From Octopus vulgaris (Eukaryota), in the NCBI GenBank assembly GCA_951406725.2, contig CATOCA020000001.1, positions 2,852,001 through 2,916,000 on the forward strand: DNA of 64,000 nucleotides, written 5' to 3'. The position numbers and the translations under genes are program-made. Within the stretch, counting starts at the first letter, position 1; the number at the start of each line of letters is the position of its first letter. The notes beneath the pieces are model-generated. The model saw nothing but the letters and a program-made list of their open reading frames with translations. It was not told where the DNA came from and made no database searches. Of this stretch, positions 1-12,054 are shown one piece after another.

Positions 1-171
1 TATATGAATACATACATCCACATGCACATATATATTGGTGACGTACACAAATACATAACAGGTATATATAATACTGAAATAAGCAACCCATATTGATTCC
101 TGTGTGTAGAAATCAATGGCTTCATAAAGTACAACTGTAACAACTAATGGGAAACAAACGCATACATACAT

Positions 172-1645
172 ACATCATCATTTAACGATGCTAGCATGAG
201 TTGGATGGTTCGACCAGGGTCTGGGAAGCAAGGAGGCTACACCAGGCTCCAGTCTGATCTGGCAGTGTTTCTACAGCTGGATGCCCTTCCTAAAGCCAAC
301 CACTCCGTGAGTGTAGTGGGTGCTTTTAACGTGCCACCGGTACGGAACCCATCGGTCATGTTCGGATGGTGCTTTTTATGTGCCACAGGCACAGGTATCA
401 CAACTACAATTTCCATTTGATTTTTATTTTGATGTTGATGTATTTGACTCAGTAGGTCTCCTTAAGCACAGCAGGTCACCCTACAATCCAAGGTAAGCAC
501 AGCAGGCCGTCCTGCAGTCGAAGGTACTTTGGATGGGTTGGGGCTGCTATGTGAAGCTGGTGCAGGAAACAGCCATGAACTCACGTTATCTGTCAGGTCT
601 TCGCAGTCACAGCATATCTCCAGAGATCTCGGTCTTTCATCATTGTCTCTGTGAGGCCCAATGTTCAAAGGTCATGCTTGACCACCTCATCCCATGTATT
701 CCTGGGTCTACTTCTACCCTGGATTCCTTCAACTGTTTGGGAGTGGCACTTCTTCACTCATCTCTCCTCATCCATCCATAGTACATGACCATACCAGTGC
801 AAACATCTTTCTTGCATGCCACATCTGATGCTTCTTGTGTCCAGCATTTCTCTCAGAGCACTTACACTCTGTCGTCTGTGCACACTGACATTACACATCC
901 AGCGGATAATACTAGCTTCATTTCTTTCAAGCCTACACATGTCCTCTGCTGTCACAGTTCATATTTCACTACCTTGAAGCATGGCAGTTCACACACATGT
1001 GTCATACAATCTACCTTTCACTCTGAGCGAGAGACCCTTTGTCACCAGTAGGGGTAGAAACTTTCTAAACTTTGCCCAGGCTATTCGTATTCTAGTGGTG
1101 ACACTCTCTGAGCATCCACCCACACTACTAACTTGGTCACCTAGGTAGTGGAAACAATCAACTACTTCTAATTTCTCCCCCTGGAGTGTGATGGAATCTG
1201 TTTTCTGAGCATCTGTGGTGTCTATTGCCCCTGTGCATCTGCTGCACATGAAAGCTATCTTCTCAGTTAGTTTTCCTCTGATGTTGCTACACCTCTTATG
1301 CGTCCATAGCTTACATTGGGTACATCTTAAAGAGTTTCTACCTACACCTTTTCTACAGATTGAGCGGGGCCACCTACTTAAGGGTGTGTGTGATGAGTTC
1401 ACCTTCCTACTTAAATAACTTTGGTCTTCGCTACATTTACTATAAGGCCTTTTGATTCTAAACCTAACTTCCACACCCAAAATTTCTTTTCTAGTTCCGG
1501 TAGTGATTCTGTTATGAGGGCCAGGTCATCAGTATAGAGGAACTCCCAGGGGCAACCCATCTTGAATTCCTCTGTTATTGCCTGGAGGACTATGATGAAT
1601 AAAAGGGACTGAGGGCTGAACCTTGGTGGACCCTTACTTCTACCC
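172..1645 (-). mobile_element. RTE-like LINE, 5'-truncated and degenerate, with 3'UTR and (GAT)n tail
   Basis: Minus strand: QGSALSP..FIIVLQAITEEFKMGCPWEFLYTDDLAL, FHYLGDQ, RIRIAWAKFR, KGRLYDTCV, LHWYGHV. Confidence 0.9.
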
Positions 1646-1762
1646 AGAATTATTCACTTATATTAATATAACAAATAAAAATAAAAATTTAAAAAATATA
1701 CAAAACATACAGAAATCAATGAAGAGAGAAAAGAAACAGTAAGATGATAGATGTTGACTTCA

Positions 1763-1788
1763 TCAGGTATTTCTGTTTATTTCGAAAC
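1763..1788 (-). CDS. Candidate terminal coding exon (G)FEINRNT*
   Basis: gttcattgtag acceptor; read in phase 1 it gives a short peptide and TGA; no independent support. Confidence 0.3.
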
Positions 1789-2077
1789 CTACAATGAACA
1801 GGTCATTTCACAGATGCTAAACTATAAATTTCACAGGGTAAAACATTAAAATTGACACCACTAAGTTGAGAATGCTACATCACAGAAAATTTCTGTCTCA
1901 CTATTGGCTAAAAATACACAGTTTTTTTTAAAGTTTTCATCAAATTTTTTCTCCACAAGTACATGGCTTCACAGGAATAAGCATGTAAACTACATCAATA
2001 TAACCGATTTTCAGATATTTGACTTCCTTTTAAGAGATGCAGATTTTATGAATGAAACAAACAAGATCTGATGTGGA

Positions 2078-2358
2078 TAAGTTTAGAAAAAGGTAACTCT
2101 TGAATTCAGATAGTCAACCAAGGCATGGGTGAGGGCAGTTGCTGAGGCCATCGCTTCTGCTTTCCTTTTCTAAAGTTCTTTACTGGCCTGTTGCTGTGGA
2201 AGGACCTTCAAGAAAAAAGGAAGGCAGAAGCAATGGCCTCAACAACTGCCCTCACCCATGTCTTGTTTGACTAACTGAATTCAGGAGTTACCTGTTTGTA
2301 AACTTATAAACATCTAATTATTGAAGTGGAAAAATGATCAGAAAAGCCATTTCTATTC
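2078..2358. mobile_element. Foldback/MITE-like element, left-truncated copy
   Basis: Long imperfect inverted arms (catgggtgagggcagttg / caactgccctcacccatg); near-identical to 3807-4088. Confidence 0.75.
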
Positions 2359-3272
2359 TTTTTTCTTCAAATATAATTATATATATCCACATATATGTAT
2401 TTAGAAACAAAAAATACTTAAATCCAGTCAGAGTCCATGTACTGAATATGTTCTTCATCCTCTTATTTACATATTTTTAAAAAGAAAAGTATTGCCTAAT
2501 GAATTTATTTGGTATGAATAAAAGGAAAAAGGAGTAATTTTGGTTAATATGACATTTCAAACTTAGACTTTGGAAAGAGGGTTCCTTAGTAAAGTGGCAC
2601 CCAAAATTCTATTCTACAAGAAAAATGCTAATGGTTATGTAAAAGTAGTACTTATTGAGAGGCTGAATGTACAAAATTTACTTCACTGGGATATAATCTC
2701 AGAATGTACTAACAGTAAATTTAATTCTGTCAATATTTAGTACAGTTTGTACTTTTTCCCTCACTTCAATATTTGGTGGTGATATTACCATTAAGAGAAG
2801 CCATTCACAAATATGTTTAGAGCAATAAGGGTTTTTCTGAGATTACATTCTTGTTAGAGTTATCCATAAGCAGGAGTGATTTTGGATACTGAAGAGGAAA
2901 AGCTGATCCCATTTACCTTTGGAAATCTGTTCCATTTTTTGTGTCTCATGTCTAAGCAAGTATCTACTGAATTCAATATTAGTTGTATACCAATTTGGGT
3001 TATTTGTTTAAATAAAACTTTAAAAATATATGCATATGAACTGCATTAATAAAGGTAAGATAAATAAAGGTGTAAAATATAAGTTACATATGAATGTTTG
3101 CAAGAAGTTCTTTGCATATGCAATGAAATTTTAACACCTTCAAAGTTTTAATTTCAATCATACATATATATTAAGCTGCATATTCTACCCAAAGAAAGAA
3201 TGAGCCAAACTATTTGCTAATCTTGCTCTAATGAAAATAATTTTTTTGTTAATAAATTGCTTATATACTTAC

Positions 3273-3314
3273 CAGCAGGTTTATTTGAAGCGTTAACGTA
3301 AGTACCATCCGTGC
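3273..3314 (-). CDS. 42-nt phase 1-1 micro-exon GTDGTYVNASNKPA
   Basis: tttcttaaag acceptor, CTG|gtaagt donor; older paralog of 8618-8659 that keeps YVN and KP despite divergence. Confidence 0.68.
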
Positions 3315-3550
3315 CTTTAAGAAATTTAAAAAAAAGAACAAATAGCATGGCTATAAATAATATTTAAATTAAGATAGCTGTGTAATGATTCTACCATAAT
3401 AAATACTAATGAGATAGACTCAAACACACTCACACATACATACATGCATATTAATAGACAAAAGTTAGAGAGTGACATATTTCGTAATAGTTCACTGTCT
3501 GTTTATTTTAAAGATAGGTTCTAAGATCATGCAATATTGATTGTACTTAC

Positions 3551-3610
3551 TTCGTTGTCCCATTTCTAAATATTTCGGCTCGCTAACCTCAGCACATTGT
3601 TCTTCCACAG
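3551..3610 (-). pseudogene. Decayed paralog of the 60-nt micro-exon (AVEEQCAEVSEPKYLEMGQR)
   Basis: Donor gtaagt intact; the homologous acceptor AG reads TG; first Tyr has become Cys. Confidence 0.6.
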
Positions 3611-3756
3611 CATCAAGAAATAAAATGAAAGGCATATTTATTGTTTGGAGGGTGTGATTTAAATATTTTGATGATACACAGAAAGTAGCAGCTATATGTA
3701 GATAGTAGAAAAAGAAATAGAAAGCCCTTGGTACAGTATTAGATATCTGAAAAACT

Positions 3757-4088
3757 GAATAGAAATGGCTTTTCTGATAATTTTCCACTTTAATAATTAG
3801 GTGTTTATAAGTTTAGAAAAAGGTAACTCTTGAATTCAAATAGTTACCCAAAGCATGGGTGAGGGCAGTTGCTGAGGCCATCGCTTCTGCTTTCCTTTTC
3901 TAAAGTTCTTTACTGGCCTGTTGCTGTGGAAGGACCTTCAAGAAAAAAGGAAAGCAGAAGCAATGGCCTCAACAACTGCCCTCACCCATGTCTTGTTTGA
4001 CTAACTGAATTCAGGTGTTACCTGTTTGTAAACTTATAAACATCTAATTATTGAAGTGGAAAAATTATCAGAAAAGCCATTTCTATTC
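3757..4088. mobile_element. Foldback/MITE-like element (~330 bp, ~150-bp arms)
   Basis: gaatagaaatggcttttctgataattttccac ... gtggaaaaattatcagaaaagccatttctattc. Confidence 0.8.
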
Positions 4089-4221
4089 TTCATTTTTGTA
4101 TTTGGTTTGCAAAATTCTTTATATGAGTTTGTGTGTTGAAGCATATTTTGTGGTGTCTGGGGAGAGTCATTCTCTTTTATTGCCTTATTATTTAACACAC
4201 TTACCTGTAAATTTTCCACTC

Positions 4222-4256
<35 letters not shown>

Positions 4257-4451
4257 GAATTTACAAAAACAAAACAAAACAAAAGACGAAGATGGGTGTG
4301 TAAACAACAAACAGATGTATTAGTTTAACGCTCGGGAAGTGAGAAAGTCTTTTATGTTTCAAGCCGACGCTCTTTGACAGAAAGGAACACAGAAATAAAC
4401 AGGGAGAGAAAATAGAGAAAGGTTCAGTGGCTAGCGATCTATCATGGGGAA

Positions 4452-4508
<57 letters not shown>

Positions 4509-4531
4509 AACATACATATATATATATATAT

Positions 4532-4922
4532 ATTCTTTTACTCTTTTATTTGTTTCAGTCATTTGACTGTGGCCATGCTGGAGCACCGCCTTTAGTCGAG
4601 CAAATCGACCCCGGGACTTATTCTTTTTAAGCCTAGTACTTACTCTTTCGGTCTCTTTTGCTGAACTGCTAAGTGACGGGGACGTAAACACATCAGCATC
4701 GGTTGTCAAGCGATGTTGGGGGTACAAACACAGACACACACACATATATATATACATATATACGACAGGCTTCTTTCAGTTTCTGTCTACCAAATCCACT
4801 CACAAGGCATTGGTCGGCCCGGGGCTATAGCAGAAGACACTTGCCCAAGGTGCCACGCAGTGGGACTGAACCCGGAACCATGTGGTTGGTTAGCAAGCTA
4901 CTTACCACACAGCCACTCCTGC
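4532..4922 (-). mobile_element. tRNA-derived SINE (related copies ~8155-8515, 17246-17605, 35920-36243, 40520-40900, 54720-54975)
   Basis: Minus-strand head GGAGTGGCTGTGTGGTAAG...GGTTCAGTCCC (A/B boxes); conserved body seen repeatedly in the window. Confidence 0.8.
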
Positions 4923-5137
4923 ATCTAAATATATATATATATACCAGAGTAAACACATAAATGTGAAACAAGGTGGAAAAAAGAGTACTCAAATACCAGG
5001 GGTAGAGTAATATGCTTTATTTAAAAGCAGCAGAAAATTCAACAAAACCTGTTATTCTAGCAAAAAATGTTCGACGAACGGGAACGTGAAACTCAGAGTA
5101 ACAGGTTTTGTTGAATTTTCTGCTGCTTTTAAATAAA

Positions 5138-5183
<46 letters not shown>

Positions 5184-5185
<2 letters not shown>

Positions 5186-6297
5186 CTTTTGACATGTTTA
5201 CAGTGAAAAGCAACTTCACATGTGCTTCGGAGAACCTAATATACTCACTAACCTGCTCCAGGTGTCAAGAGCAGTACATAGGCCAAACAAAAAATAGTTT
5301 GCGTAAACGAATGGCCCTGCACAGATCCCAGATAAAAATTCCCCAAAACAGAAAAATAGCTTTTAGCCAACACATAGATACTTGCGCCAACAAAAAAACA
5401 CCAAGCTTCAGGATTTTCCCCCTCTACCAATTTAGGGACGATACAACCTCGAGACAACGAATAAGTAAAGAAACTCTCTTTATTGCAAAATACAGGCCAC
5501 TTCTTAACGGGTCTACGACAAACAATTAATATACCTCAACTTTAGAATAAAAGAAATATTCACACACAAATATTACATTCCAAAGAATCCATTACTAATC
5601 ACAGCTAAAATCACAGCTATAATCCATAACATGCCAACTTCAAGTCATACAACACCTCACTACTTTAACCCATTCATATTTTCCCTTCTCTGTTTTTTTC
5701 TTCTTCTTCTCTTCTTCTTCATCATCATCATTATCATCATCATCGTCGTCATAACCATCACCACCATCACCATCATCGTCATCTTCTCCTTCTCCTTCTT
5801 CTTCTTCTTCATCATCATCATCATCAACATCGTCATCTTCTTCTTCTTCTACTTCTCCACCTTCTACCCCTTAACTTTGTCACTAACGTTTCTTAGTATA
5901 ACACCTACGCAAATTCTATAAACAAGCCTTTCAATAGAAATATTCTCCTGAATTGAACTGCGACTGCCAGCCGCCACTGACCATTCAAAATACGACCATC
6001 AGGGCACTCCCAGATTCTCCCACCCCCTTTCCTCATCAGCCTTCTTCCCCTACTACCCTACCAAGAACTCACAACTACCTCCAACACACAAGTGCAAACA
6101 AGGAAGTCAGAGAAAGGCAGAATGCTACTTTTATCTGAACACTACTATAGAAATATTCCTTTAAAAAAACTTTTCTTCTAATTTTTCTAAAGTTAATTAT
6201 TTAATCGTTACAGTTGAAAAGGTCTCAAAATGACCGAAACCGGTACTGAAATGTTCACTATAAAATTATTTTAGCATTTTCTATTTTTGACTTGTTT

Positions 6298-6302
<5 letters not shown>
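5184..6302 (+). mobile_element. Penelope-like element 3' fragment: GIY-YIG endonuclease ORF plus terminus, in (TA)n
   Basis: ORF 5194-5529 NLIYSLTCSRCQEQYIGQTKNSLRKRMALH...KETLFI..YRPLLN; hammerhead-like motif at 6211-6248; (TA)n on both sides. Confidence 0.88.
6211..6248 (+). ncRNA. Degenerate minimal type I hammerhead motif
   Basis: CAG-TTGAAAA-GGTC..GACC-GAAA-CCGG-TA-CTG: stems intact, core has two changes from CUGANGA. Confidence 0.55.
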
Positions 6303-6355
<53 letters not shown>

Positions 6356-6379
6356 AATGTATATTTTATATATATATTT

Positions 6380-6850
6380 ATCATCATCATCATTGTTTAA
6401 CGTCCATTTTCCATGCTAGCATGGATTGGACGGTTCGACCGGGGTCTGGGAAGCCAGAAGGCTGCACCAGGCTCCTGTCTGATCTGGCAGTGTTTCTACA
6501 GCTGGATGCCCTTCCTAACACCAACCACTCCGTGAGTGTAGTGGGTGCTTTTTACGTGCCAGGCAAGGCTGGCAATGGCCACGATCAGTTGGTGCTTTTC
6601 ACGTTCCACTGGCATGGAAGCCAGTCAAGGCAGCGCTGGATTCAGCCACGTTCGGATGGTGCTTTTTACGTGCCACTGGCAGAGGGATCACAACTGCAAT
6701 TTCCATTGATTTTTGATGTTGATGTACTTCACTCAATAGGTCTCCTGAAACACAAGGTTGGAACGGTGTTTCTTTACTTGCCACCTGCACATGAGTCAGT
6801 CCAGCAGCACTGGCAACTGCCAGGTGCCAGTCATAGGATTGGTTCAATTT
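6380..6850 (-). mobile_element. RTE 3'UTR fragment (also 11037-11577, 15493-15905, 20135-20495, 28491-29223)
   Basis: Same sequence as the 3' end of the RTE at 172-420: (cat)n tail, gctagcatggg, ggatgcccttcctaac, plus ~60-bp internal repeats. Confidence 0.8.
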
Positions 6851-7033
6851 CGAAACAATTAACACAGAAAAAAATAGACAAATATTTACCGGGGTAGCAA
6901 GAAATCATACAAGTAAAAAGGTTGTAACTCCTTATTTTTAAAGGTAGAAACACCAGGTTTATGTGAAATATTTTGTATAATATATATAAATAAATAAATG
7001 GAGTTAAACGCAGGTGTTATGCAAATTCTTTTA

Positions 7034-7120
7034 CTTCCAACACATGTTTCGAAGATATCACTGGTATTATTCCAAAGGAATAAAATGGTGTAAAACAACG
7101 TAATCTTCTCTTCAGGGAAA
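7034..7120 (-). ncRNA. Minimal type I hammerhead ribozyme in a PLE-type inverted-repeat insert (~6995-7348); copy at 16096-16182
   Basis: Minus strand: TTTCC-CTGAAGA-GAAGAT...ATCTTC-GAAA-C-ATGT-G-TT-GGAAG; the inverted arm carries GAAACATGTCGGAAG. Confidence 0.7.
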
Positions 7121-7347
7121 TGAAGAAATGAAACTCGTCATTAAGATGTTTTAACAGAAAATGATGGATATGTATAGTGATTGACTGAACGCTATTAAGT
7201 TTGTTTTTAAAAAAACGTTAGAGGATACAGCGTCAAAGGTAGCCTATAGAAAGAGGAGGGGTAATTCCTTTGGAATAATACCAGTGATATCTTTGAAACA
7301 TGTCGGAAGTAAAAGAATTTGAATAACACCTGCGTTTAACTCCATTC

Positions 7348-7397
<50 letters not shown>

Positions 7398-8617
7398 ACA
7401 TGTATTTTAAAACAAAAAATACTTAAATCCAGGCGAAGTCCATGTACTGAATATGTTCTTCATCCTCTCATTTACATATTGTATAAAAGAAAAGTATTGT
7501 CTAATAAATCTATTTGGTATGAACAAGAGTAAACAAAGAGTAATTTTGGTTAATATGCCATTTCAAAATTAGACTTCTGAAAGAGGCTTCCTCAGTAAAG
7601 TGGCACCCAAAATTTTATTCTATGAGCAAAATGCTAATGATTATGTAAAAGTAGAACTTATTGAGAGGCTGATTGTACAAAGTGTACTTCTCTGGGATAT
7701 AATCTCAAAATGTACTAACACTAAATTTAATTGTCAATATTTAGTACAGTGTGTACTATTTCTATCACTTCAATATTTAATTGTGATATTAACATTAAGG
7801 GAAGCTATTCACAAATATGTTTAGAGCAACAAGGGTTTTTCTAAGATAAATTTCTTGCTAGAGTTATAAATAAACAGGAGTGATTTTGGATACTGGAGGA
7901 GAACAGTTAATCACATTTACTATTGCAAATTTATTCCCATTCATTGTGTCTCATGCCTTGGCAAATATCTACTGAATTCATTATTACTTAATTATTTGGA
8001 TTTTTTTGTACAAATAAAGCCAACAAAGTAAATTTTTATGAACTGCATTATTAAGGGTAAGGATTGATAAAAAGGTAAAATATCAGAGTTAAATAGGAAT
8101 ATCTGTAAGAAGTTTATCGTATATGCAATGGAATTTTAATATTTTGAAAGGTTTTTAGGTGTGGCTGTGAGGTAAGAAGTTTAATTTCCAAACAAATGGG
8201 TCTGGGTTTCGTCATATGATGAGGCACGTTGGGCGAGTGTATTCTGCTATAATCCTGGGCGGACCAAAATCTTGTGAATGGATTTGGTATATATATAAGG
8301 GAGTGTGTGTGCCTTTGCGTTTGATCCCCATCACCACTTGACACTTGTGTTGGTTTGTTCACATCCACAGAACTTAGCAGTTTAGCAAAAGAAACCAATA
8401 GAATAAGTAAAAGGCTTCAAAATAATAAGTACTCGGGTGGATTTGTTGGACTGAACCCTTGAAAGTGGTGCCTTAGCATGGCTGCAGTCCAATGACTGGA
8501 ACAAATAAAAGACATGCATTAAGCTGCCTATACTACTCAAAGAAAGAGTGAACCAAAATGTTGCTAACTCTTGCTCTAATGAATGAAATTTTATTATTCG
8601 ATTGCTTATATACTTAC

Positions 8618-8659
8618 CATCAGGTTTCCTTGAAACATTAACGTAAGAAATCTTCATGT
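8618..8659 (-). CDS. 42-nt phase 1-1 micro-exon DMKISYVNVSRKPD (copy 1)
   Basis: Identical to 17709-17750. Confidence 0.7.
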
Positions 8660-8879
8660 CTTTAAAAAATTAGAAATAAAAACAATAAATAGCGTTATGT
8701 TAGTATTGTGTTGATACTACAATCATAAATGCTAATGAGACAGACTCAAACACACTCATACACACATATTAAAAGATAAAAGTTAGAGAATGATACATTT
8801 CATGACTGTTAGCTTTCTGTTAATGTTTAAGATAATTTCTAAGATCATGCTGTGTACTAACAATATTGTTTATACTTAC

Positions 8880-8939
8880 CTGCTGGTTTCAATTCTAAAT
8901 AACTGGGCCCACTAGCTTCAGCATATTGCTCTTCATTAG
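8880..8939 (-). CDS. 60-nt phase 1-1 micro-exon xNEEQYAEASGPSYLELKPA (copy 1)
   Basis: Identical to 17971-18030. Confidence 0.65.
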
Positions 8940-10316
8940 CTTCAAAAAATTATAGAAAGATGTGCACATTTATTGTTTGGAGAGGATAGTTTTAATATTT
9001 TGATATTGTACAAAAAGTAACTAAAAAAAATAAAATACTAGTGAGATCTGTGGAAATTCCACAGAACGAAAGAGATTAAGCAAAGCTATTTAAGAAAGAA
9101 AGGATGATTGTTATTTGTATTTTGCTAAGTGATTTCACTTCCAGTTGCAAAATAGTATATGATTTTGAAATTTCCTTCTGCTAAGCACCTTATATTTCTC
9201 TCTTTCTCTCTACCTCTTCAACAAACATTTTAACCATGTAATTCCCCTCTTCATGTCTTTAACATTTCCCTCTTTCTCTTTCCACCCTACAGCATGTCAT
9301 TAACACTTCTCTCTCTCCCACTTTCCTCTCATTGTAGTTGTGTCTTGCTCTTTGCCTCCCCCTCAACTAACTACGTGATGCATTTGACCTTAGTGTATTA
9401 TTATACTCCTCTCTTCTTCTTGCTTCTCTACCCACATTTCTCCCTCTCTCTCTCACTTTTACTCAACCTCTCACTCATTCCACTTCCACCTCTCTAACAA
9501 ACTATAGTATAACAGGTGAAGAAAGAAGCAAATTATTATATAGATAGTGTATATTTTATATGCAACAATGTTTTCACACATGCTACCCCAAGAAACCGAA
9601 CTAAATCAGCTCTTCTAAACTGCATCTTTCGCTTCTTCACATTTCCTCTTCCTGCCATTAAAAACATCTCCAAAGTATGGTTCACCTCCTATTGACATTT
9701 GTCCTCTATCCTTACCATCAATGAGCTAACCTCCACTGTTGTTATTGATTTTCCCTTTTTCCACTACTCGCCACATCTTACATCTGCTGCCACTTCCAAC
9801 AGACATCCATTCCATGTTCCTACCACAAATGATCCTCCACCCTTCAAATCGGTATCCCTTTCTTAATTTCCCCACCAATCACAACTGCCAGCCCCACAAC
9901 TCATGACCCTATAATGAGCCCTCTATCATTCTCCTGTCGAAAGTGCTATTCTGCTGCTGTAAGAGACAAAAGCAGAATACACCATACATTTATACCATAC
10001 ATATTGCCATCTCTGTACTGTGAGTTGCCACTTCCTTTCCCTTGTACTATTTCCAGTCAGCATCTATCCCTTATTCTTACTGTGTCCCCTTCTATACGTA
10101 AATCCTTTCCCTGTTCATGATTTATTACAACTCCTATGTTCATTTGACCTGTTTTATTCCATGGTTTGCATTCACCTCCTTTTCTCCCAAACTCTTACAA
10201 CCTTACACACCAGCATCCCTGATTCTGAAGTATCATCACTATAAATACAGAATGGAAGAAGATATGAGAGTGGAGGTCAAGTAGACAGCACGAACGTGTG
10301 TGTGTGTATATATATA

Positions 10317-10357
<41 letters not shown>

Positions 10358-10454
10358 ACGTGTGTATGTATGCTTCTCTGGAGGCTGTCAAAATGATGTA
10401 GATGCCTCCAATGAGTAACAGATTTTGTTGAATTTTCTGCTGCTTTAAATAAAG

Positions 10455-10499
<45 letters not shown>

Positions 10500-11036
10500 A
10501 TATATATATATAAGATGTGTTTCAAAGCACAGTAAGTTCATATTTATGTGAATTTTTGTGAAGAAGATGATTCAATCACTTTTCATTGAACTGAATTGGT
10601 TGACTGCTGTGTAATTCATCCTTGAGGTCAAAATTCCCATTTTTGAAGCTCAAAAACCAATGGTGGGTAGTAGTTTGAGAAATTGCTCCTTCTCAATACA
10701 CAGGACAAATCTCAAAAGCAGCTTTGGCAGGATTAACAAATTGATTAAATGAAAAAGCAAATGGTGTCGAATATGCTAAGCTTTTTCCTCTTGAAAGTGC
10801 ATTTTAATGATCTGAAAATGCACAAAAATCAAAATACATTATCTTGTTGAGCAGAAATTTCTCTCAAATAACATAAAACGTTTTGCCAATGTATTTTATT
10901 TCCGTGCACATTGTTAAATGTGAAGAAAAGGCCTATGAATTATTCCTCAGCCCAATGCGTTAAGGGCTGGCCAAAATCACCGGACAGCAAATCAAAACCA
11001 TTTAATTCCAAGATTTACTTATGTTTAACAACTGAA

Positions 11037-11577
11037 TCATCATCATCATCATGCTAGCATGGGTTGGACGGGTCAACTGGGGTCTGTGAAGCTGGAAGGC
11101 TTCGTCAGGCCCAGTCAGATCTGGCAGTGTTTCTACGGCTGGATGCCCTTCCTAACGCCAACCACTCTGCGAGTGTAGTGGGTGTTTTTTACGTGCCACC
11201 TGCACAGGTGCCAGACAGAGCTGGCGAACGGCCACGAACGGATGGTGCTTTTACGTGTCACCGGCACGGGGCCAGGCGATGCTGGCAACGGACACGAACG
11301 GATGGTGCTTTTACGTGTCACCGGCACGGGGCCAGGCGATGCTGGCAAACGGCCACGAGCGGATGGTGCTTTTACGTGCCACCAACACGGGGGCCAGACA
11401 GAGCTGGCGAACGGCCACGAACGGATGGTGCTTTTACGTGTCACCGGCACGGGGCCAGGCGATGCTGGCAACGGACACGAACGGATGGTGCTTTTACGTG
11501 CCACCGACACGGGGCCAGACAGAGCTGGCAACCGGCCACGAACGGACGGTGCTTTTACGTGTCACCGGCACGGGGTT
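11037..11577 (-). mobile_element. RTE 3'UTR fragment with ~60-bp tandem repeats
   Basis: Repeated ggatggtgcttttacgtgtcaccggcacggggccag units; 183 bp longer than its duplicate at 20135-20495. Confidence 0.8.
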
Positions 11578-12016
11578 TAATAAAAGCAACTAAATGTAAA
11601 ACATCATGGAAATTGTTCAAACTGAAGTCCTTCTTGAGTGACACATTTTTCCATTTGAGTCAATACAGAATGACAGCAGAGAGTATTTATGGAAATTTGA
11701 TTTGCTGTTGGGTAACTTTTCATCAAACTGTATATATATATGGTGGTGGTACTCTGTCAGTTACGACAACGAGGGTTCCATTTGATCTGATTAATGGAAC
11801 CGCTGGCTCATGAAATTAACGTGCAAGTGGCTGAGCACTCCACAGATGTGACTGCAAGTATGCTGCCCTAACAACTGGGCTATTGTGCCTCCACTATATA
11901 TATATATATATATATATAACGGGAAGCTTTATGAAAATAAACAAAAGACGAAGGCAGGTGGAAAACAAACGAACAATTGTATTAGTATGGCGCTCAGGAA
12001 ATATAAATAAAACAAG

Positions 12017-12054
12017 TCTTTAACGTTTCGAGCCTACGCTCTTCAACAGAAAGA
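12017..12054 (-). ncRNA. Hammerhead-like variant (copies at 20958-20995; decayed at ~4348-4385)
   Basis: Minus strand: TCTTT-CTGTTGA-A-GAGC-GTAG-GCTC-GAAA-CG-TT-AAAGA; core has A6>U and one extra A. Confidence 0.45.

Larger units (their letters stand above)
2390..3750. repeat. Older diverged paralog of the micro-exon block 7400-9020
   Basis: Colinear similarity by eye (e.g. gtccatgtactgaatatgttcttcatcctct, gtggcacccaaaatt, gactcaaacacactca); lacks the SINE at ~8155-8515. Confidence 0.88.

Noticed and set aside
6889-6935. Exon-like segment ending CCCCG|gtaaat (ELQPFYLYDFLLP)
   Set aside because: No acceptor gives a clean phase 1-1 open frame; at best another relic
8880-8939. YAEA-SGPS-YLEL as an ITAM
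   Set aside because: The first motif lacks L/I at +3 and the spacer is 4 aa rather than 6-8
10804-10813. Strong-looking acceptor ttttcag|ATCATTAA (also ~19910) that would end the tail as NH*
   Set aside because: Could be an alternative last exon, but it has no other support and the surrounding DNA may be TE-derived; needs RNA data
11180-11575. Regular ~60-bp repeats resembling a CRISPR array
   Set aside because: The spacers are themselves repeated, the context is a eukaryotic RTE 3'UTR, and there are no cas genes
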